Origin: an uncultured Christensenella sp.
GTDB lineage: Bacteria > Bacillota > Clostridia > Christensenellales > UBA1242
Direction of reading: 5' to 3'
Assembly (NCBI GenBank): GCA_964564685.1
Contig: CAZMBC010000001.1
Coordinates: 227,206 to 291,205, forward strand
Length of the DNA stretch: 64,000 bases
Shown piece by piece: positions 59,965-64,000 of this stretch (positions are counted from its first letter, which is position 1; every line of letters starts with the position of its first letter). The position numbers and the translations under genes are program-made. The notes under the pieces were generated by a model that saw only the letters and a program-made list of their open reading frames with translations, did no database searches and was not told the origin of the DNA.

Positions 59965-59996
59965 AACACACAATCATATAAGATTGTGTGTTTTTT
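59965..59996 (+). terminator. Strong orphan hairpin terminator about 210 nt after the nearest plus-strand CDS
   Basis: AACACACAATC (59965-59975) pairs with GATTGTGTGTT (59982-59992), followed by a T-run. Confidence 0.6.
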
Positions 59997-60103
59997 GTAC
60001 TTTATTATTTTCTCATTCTATTTTCTTAAAAGTAATCACTCATATTTACCCTTAAAAAACTTTTTGTGACAATTTATTTTCAATCATATTAGTTCTTCAT
60101 TTT

Positions 60104-60391
60104 TTATTCATAATAAATCACTTCTTTGCCTTTTGACAAAGCGTAATTTATTTCATTTCTTGTAGAGTTTCCAATATATCCACCAACATTTACAACGTAA
60201 ATAGCATCGGAAATATCAATTTTCTTATAATGTGCATTTACAACATTTGCCATTTCTTCTTGTGTAGCATTTTCATCAATATCGTAAACACATTGGATAA
60301 CACAATATCCATTTTTTGTTTCTAGCTCCCCAGCTATCTTATGCATTTCTTTTGCAAATTTCATACTTCCGCAAATTGTTACAATTTTCAT
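60104..60391 (-). CDS. Small Rossmann-like protein, nucleoside 2-deoxyribosyltransferase-like (95 aa)
   Basis: The pattern MKIVTICGSMKF...DAIYVVN..GYIGNSTRNEINYA resembles the small deoxyribosyltransferase-like/DUF4406-type family. This is recognition by eye only. Confidence 0.35.
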   Translation of the reverse strand: MKIVTICGSMKFAKEMHKIAGELETKNGYCVIQCVYDIDENATQEEMANVVNAHYKKIDISDAIYVVNVGGYIGNSTRNEINYALSKGKEVIYYE

Positions 60392-60403
60392 TTTGCTATT
60401 CCT

Positions 60404-61039
60404 TTATTTTAAAATTTCTTTAATATCTTCTATAACTTTGTGTTGGTTAAACCTGCCATTTCCAACAGGATAGAATAAAGCATAACTTTCAAATTCTTTA
60501 CCATTTATTTCTAATGCAAATTTCTTTTGTCTTGTTGTTGATACTGTAATGGGCTGTTCTAACATTATTGAAGATACTTGATTTCCAAAGAAAAATATTT
60601 TTTGAGGATTTACAAGTTTCAATTCTTCTTTTAGCAAATCTTTGTATTGTAAAAAAATACTATCATGCAAAGGTCTGGCGTCATCTTGTGTACATTTTGC
60701 AAGATTTGTTATCCATAATCCTTGTTTTTTTACTTAATTATATACATATTCGCAAAATTCAGGTATCCAATCTTTTGGTTTTTTATTTTTGATTTTCTCG
60801 TTTATATTAGAACTAAACAACTCGCACTTCGCAAGAAACTCCCATATTTGTTTTGTTCCCAACCATTGTGCCCTCAAACCTTTCCAAGATTTGTTGGTTG
60901 CAATATTTCATTTTGTTGGGTTCATAAATACTAGGGCGACTCGTGGGTTACAATCTTCTCCGCAACCACAAACTGAATTTAAGTCTTTTGAACCATAAGT
61001 ATTTTGTAATTCATCATATTGTTTAATTAAATTTCTCAT
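60404..61039 (-). pseudogene. Uracil-DNA glycosylase superfamily gene disrupted by two in-frame stop codons
   Basis: A single frame from ATG 61039 reads MRNLIKQYDEL...CNPRVALVFMNPTK*NIATNKSWKGLRAQWLG...EYVYN*VKKQGLWITNLAKCTQDD...FYPVGNGRFN. TGA at 60910-60908 and TAA at 60736-60734. The motifs VFMNPT and ITNLAKC are UDG-family-like. Confidence 0.7.
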
Positions 61040-61050
61040 AGGTTTCCATT

Positions 61051-61611
61051 TTATAATTGTTTAATTTTTTCTACTATCTTTTCATACACAGGTATCATAT
61101 AAGGTTCATCTGATTTGGCTATAAGTTCGTCAAATGTTAGCCAACCAATATTGCTATTTTCGTCTTCTAAAATATGTATAGCATCATTTTCATCGGCTTC
61201 AAGAAGATAAGTAATGTTAAGATGTTGATGTGCTGGCACATATTTACCTTTTCTCACATGACTTTTAACAGGCAATATTTCAACAGATATTGGCATTTCA
61301 CTCACAACTTTAAATCTTTTTAGTGAAGTTTCTTCTTTCGTTTCTTTTTGTGCAACATAAAGCATATCGTCATCACCATCAGCGTGTCCGCCAACCCAAC
61401 TCCAAGATTTATAGATATTATGATAAATACAAAGAACTTTTGTATGCTCTTTGTTTATTACAAACGCAGAAGATGTCAAGTGGCAAAATTGGTTTTCTCT
61501 TGTAAGAATATCTCCAAAAATTTCTTCTGCTTTTACAATCAAAGCAATATCTTCCTTTTCTTGTTCATTGTGTGGAACATAAGTTTTTAACATTTCAACA
61601 GTTTTACTCAT
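61051..61611 (-). CDS. NUDIX hydrolase
   Basis: Nudix box GGHADGDDDMLYVAQKETKEETSL. AGGAG RBS before ATG 61611; the track start at 61716 is upstream. Confidence 0.8.
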   Translation of the reverse strand: MSKTVEMLKTYVPHNEQEKEDIALIVKAEEIFGDILTRENQFCHLTSSAFVINKEHTKVLCIYHNIYKSWSWVGGHADGDDDMLYVAQKETKEETSLKRFKVVSEMPISVEILPVKSHVRKGKYVPAHQHLNITYLLEADENDAIHILEDENSNIGWLTFDELIAKSDEPYMIPVYEKIVEKIKQL

Positions 61612-62068
61612 ATAAATTTCTCCTGCAAATATTATAACATAAGCTTTTTGTATTTGTATTATATGTTTCAAAATATTTTTAAGTTGTCGGTTAGCTGTGT
61701 GCTTGTATTGAAACAATCATTCTCTATTCACGCCACCAAACAAACACATGCCTATAAACCAAATATGTTATATATATTTAAAAAACGTTCGCAGTGCATA
61801 AAACATTTTTGCTTTATTCTATTAAATATAATACTAATTTATTTTATTATACACTTTATAACAGTATCTGAAGCGAGTTTATTTTTATTTGAAAGTTTGT
61901 TTTTTTAACAAGTATCTTTTACTAAATAAAACAGCCAAGAAAAAAGATAATTAGATGTTATATTCTTATTCTCTTAATTATTACACTAGTTTCAAAGGTG
62001 TTAAACAAAATTATCACATTTTATAAATAACTTATTGTTTATAAATAACAATATTTTTTATAGCAAAA

Positions 62069-63028
62069 CTATTTACCTTCGTTAGTTTTTTCAACTATTT
62101 GTTTTTCGTTGTATTTGTTTGATAATTGCTTAAGTTCGCTTTCGTTAAATTCCTTATTGATATCTTGCCAAGCGGAGGTTGTTAGGTTTATGTAATCCAG
62201 CAAATTAACCATATTATCATTAAATGATTGGTCATTAATTTCGTTTAAACGCTTTGAGGAATACAAATTGGATAAATATGCATCCGCTTTAAAAAACACA
62301 TCTAGTATAACATCAACTCCATCTTCTCCTGCTAATAGTTCCGATTTTATGCTGCTTATGTTTGCTGGCACCTGAAAGTTAATGTTTTCATAATCTGTGT
62401 AATCTTTGTTTTCTGCTGACAAGTTGTTATATCCGGAATAGCTGCTTTTAACGTAGTGTGGATTAACATAAATTTCGCCATGTTTTGCAAAGTCTATTAC
62501 TCCGCAAATGTGTTCGGCAGGAATTACGTATTTGTTTTCGCTGTCATAGTGGCCATCTATAACAAATATACAATTGGATTTGCTGTGGTTTAAACATGTT
62601 TCAAATTTGTGTATTTTATCAATAAGCGAAATGCGTCCAAATTTATAATCAGAATTTGAAAGGGATAGTTCCTTTAGTTTATTGTTTTTAAGTGCAACAA
62701 ACTGTGCCGCGCCACATGTGGCAACTACATTTCCTTTAAGCAAAAGCGCGTTTGCCTGTGCAATAAACTGTGGCGAATATTTCTGTTGGGCTTCTTGCAT
62801 ACTTTCAAAACTATATACTTTTTTAAAGGAAAATTTGTTAGAGTTGTAGTTGTTTTGCTCTAAAAGATTATTTAAATAAGGAACTAACCCTTTTAACAAA
62901 CTTATTGGACTTTCCTTGGAAAGATAATACATTAGCTCTGACTTTGCGTTTTTAATATATTGAATTGTGTTTTGCAAGTCTTTTTGTTTAATAAAAATAG
63001 GCCTGCTTTTAATAACTTTACTTTTCAT
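62069..63028 (-). CDS. Hypothetical protein (319 aa from ATG 63028)
   Basis: AGAGGA RBS before ATG 63028. No motif recognised. Confidence 0.45.
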   Translation of the reverse strand: MKSKVIKSRPIFIKQKDLQNTIQYIKNAKSELMYYLSKESPISLLKGLVPYLNNLLEQNNYNSNKFSFKKVYSFESMQEAQQKYSPQFIAQANALLLKGNVVATCGAAQFVALKNNKLKELSLSNSDYKFGRISLIDKIHKFETCLNHSKSNCIFVIDGHYDSENKYVIPAEHICGVIDFAKHGEIYVNPHYVKSSYSGYNNLSAENKDYTDYENINFQVPANISSIKSELLAGEDGVDVILDVFFKADAYLSNLYSSKRLNEINDQSFNDNMVNLLDYINLTTSAWQDINKEFNESELKQLSNKYNEKQIVEKTNEGK

Positions 63029-63101
63029 ATATCCTCTTTTAGTAAAATTTATCTTAACACACCTATTATATTTTATCAATAATTTTTTTATGCTGTAACT
63101 A

Positions 63102-63557
63102 TTAAAACTCTTTAATTGTTACAAAAACCGCGTACAATTCTTCTTCAAACTCGTCATACGAATCCAACAATTCCACAGTAGACGCAATTAAAGTGTTATG
63201 AACAAGTGTAAAGTATGTTACAAATGCATGCTCTTGAGTTTCATCCAAAAACACACGGCGATAAATCCTTCTGCCAAGGTGAGTTTCAAATTCGTTATGC
63301 TCTACTAGGTCAAAGCCTGCATTTTTTAAAAGGCTAACATTATTATCAATTACGGCAAAAATCTCTTCTTCGTTGTTGCAAACTTTATCCTTGCAAATAG
63401 AAAAGACCTTGCTAATTTCGCCACTATCGTCTAACTGCACAAAATAGTTTAGTGTGTTTGGTGCAACCTCAAACGCACTGTAGCTTGTAGACTTAATCTC
63501 GTTATAATCGTCGCTAATTTCAAAAGAAAATTTTAGCTCATAATTTTTAATTAACAT
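63102..63557 (-). CDS. Hypothetical acidic protein (151 aa)
   Basis: Clean ORF 22 nt upstream of the next gene. No motif recognised. Confidence 0.45.
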   Translation of the reverse strand: MLIKNYELKFSFEISDDYNEIKSTSYSAFEVAPNTLNYFVQLDDSGEISKVFSICKDKVCNNEEEIFAVIDNNVSLLKNAGFDLVEHNEFETHLGRRIYRRVFLDETQEHAFVTYFTLVHNTLIASTVELLDSYDEFEEELYAVFVTIKEF

Positions 63558-63670
63558 AACACATCACCTTATTTATATTAATGTAATTATAGAGTATTTT
63601 TTTATTTTCACCAAATAAATATTCTTATTTTGTAAACAAACTTTATGTTAAAATTTTTATAACTACTTTT

Positions 63671-63706
63671 AAAAACAAAAAGCATCCCGCTATATAGGAT
63701 GCTTTT
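63671..63706 (-). terminator. Rho-independent terminator after the aminotransferase gene
   Basis: AGCATCC (63681-63687) pairs with GGATGCT (63697-63703). A T-run follows on the minus strand (rc of 63671-63680). Confidence 0.65.
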
Positions 63707-63712
63707 ATGCTG

Positions 63713-64000
63713 TTACTTAACTTCTAATATATCCAAAACTTCTTTAATGGCTTTCATAGCCTTATCCATTTGTTCTTTTGTATGTGTTGCAGTATAAGAT
63801 GTTCTTAAAAGGGCATATCCAACTGGGGTAGCAGGCGAAACAACTGGGTTAACATAAACGCCTCTATCCAAAAGCAACTTGCACGCAAGGAACGCTTTTT
63901 CGTCGTCGTAGACATAGATAGGTATAATAGGGGTTTCGCTATCAATAAGGTTAACTCCTAATTTTTTAAGGCCGTTACGCATATAGTTAGAAATATTTCT
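63713..64000 (-). CDS. PLP-dependent alpha-oxoamine synthase family (Kbl/BioF-like), C-terminal part; gene runs off the right edge
   Basis: The frame is open to base 64000. The tail ...SETPIIPIYVYDDEKAFLACKLLLDRGVYVNPVVSPATPVGYALLRTSYTATHTKEQMD is typical of class-II aminotransferase acyltransferases. Confidence 0.7.
   Translation of the reverse strand, partial: RNISNYMRNGLKKLGVNLIDSETPIIPIYVYDDEKAFLACKLLLDRGVYVNPVVSPATPVGYALLRTSYTATHTKEQMDKAMKAIKEVLDILEVK

Noticed and set aside
60734-60910. Possibility that the in-frame TGA/TAA in the UDG gene reflect stop-codon reassignment or programmed readthrough
   Set aside because: TGA and TAA are used as genuine terminators by well-supported genes in the window, for example TGA at 17310-17308 and TAA for rpmH and radC. 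Two different stop codons in one gene fit decay better.
60568-60998. Plus-strand ORFs 60568-60792, 60722-60934 and 60789-60998
   Set aside because: They are antisense shadows of the UDG pseudogene, whose minus-strand frame gives recognisable family motifs across both stop codons.

Overview
AT-rich, low-GC Firmicutes-type chromosomal segment, standard genetic code, covering the replication-origin neighbourhood. The core is parB-parA-rsmG-mnmG-mnmE-jag-yidC-yidD-rnpA-rpmH, then a GNAT gene, dnaN, dnaA and recF, all on the minus strand. These diverge from gyrB-gyrA on the plus strand, which is not the canonical dnaA-dnaN-recF-gyrBA order. The left third holds partial trpS, an E2-like acyltransferase with two SHOCT membrane paralogues, RNHCP plus RadC, degV and rubrerythrin. 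It also holds a three-gene operon ending in a 3,420-aa modular surface protein, then galU, an XRE switch, ftsH, yyaC and cvpA. The right third is more accessory: DUF4870-like protein, uppP, ychF, a Cys/His/Asp-rich protein, an ECF sigma/anti-sigma pair and a signal peptidase I-like gene. It also has tRNA-Arg(UCG) and tRNA-Ser(GCU) bracketing a 2-kb insert, a GDPD phosphodiesterase, a uracil-DNA-glycosylase pseudogene between Nudix and deoxyribosyltransferase-like genes, several unknowns and a partial Kbl/BioF-type aminotransferase. Three features missed by the ORF track were found by hand: trpS (edge-truncated), rpmH (44 aa) and both tRNAs. I saw no CRISPR array, rRNA, intact transposase or integrase, prophage or recognisable known defence system. 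The best candidate for something undescribed is the operon at 6.1-18.1 kb. It translationally couples a catalytically dead Y1-transposase-like/DnaA-HTH protein to a membrane-anchored protein and a giant protein built from about 180-aa modules. That giant gene contains a 334-bp perfectly identical intragenic repeat. Other notable points are the rearranged origin synteny and twin perfect parS palindromes flanking a 430-bp non-coding spacer. All family calls come from motif recognition by eye and no database search was run.
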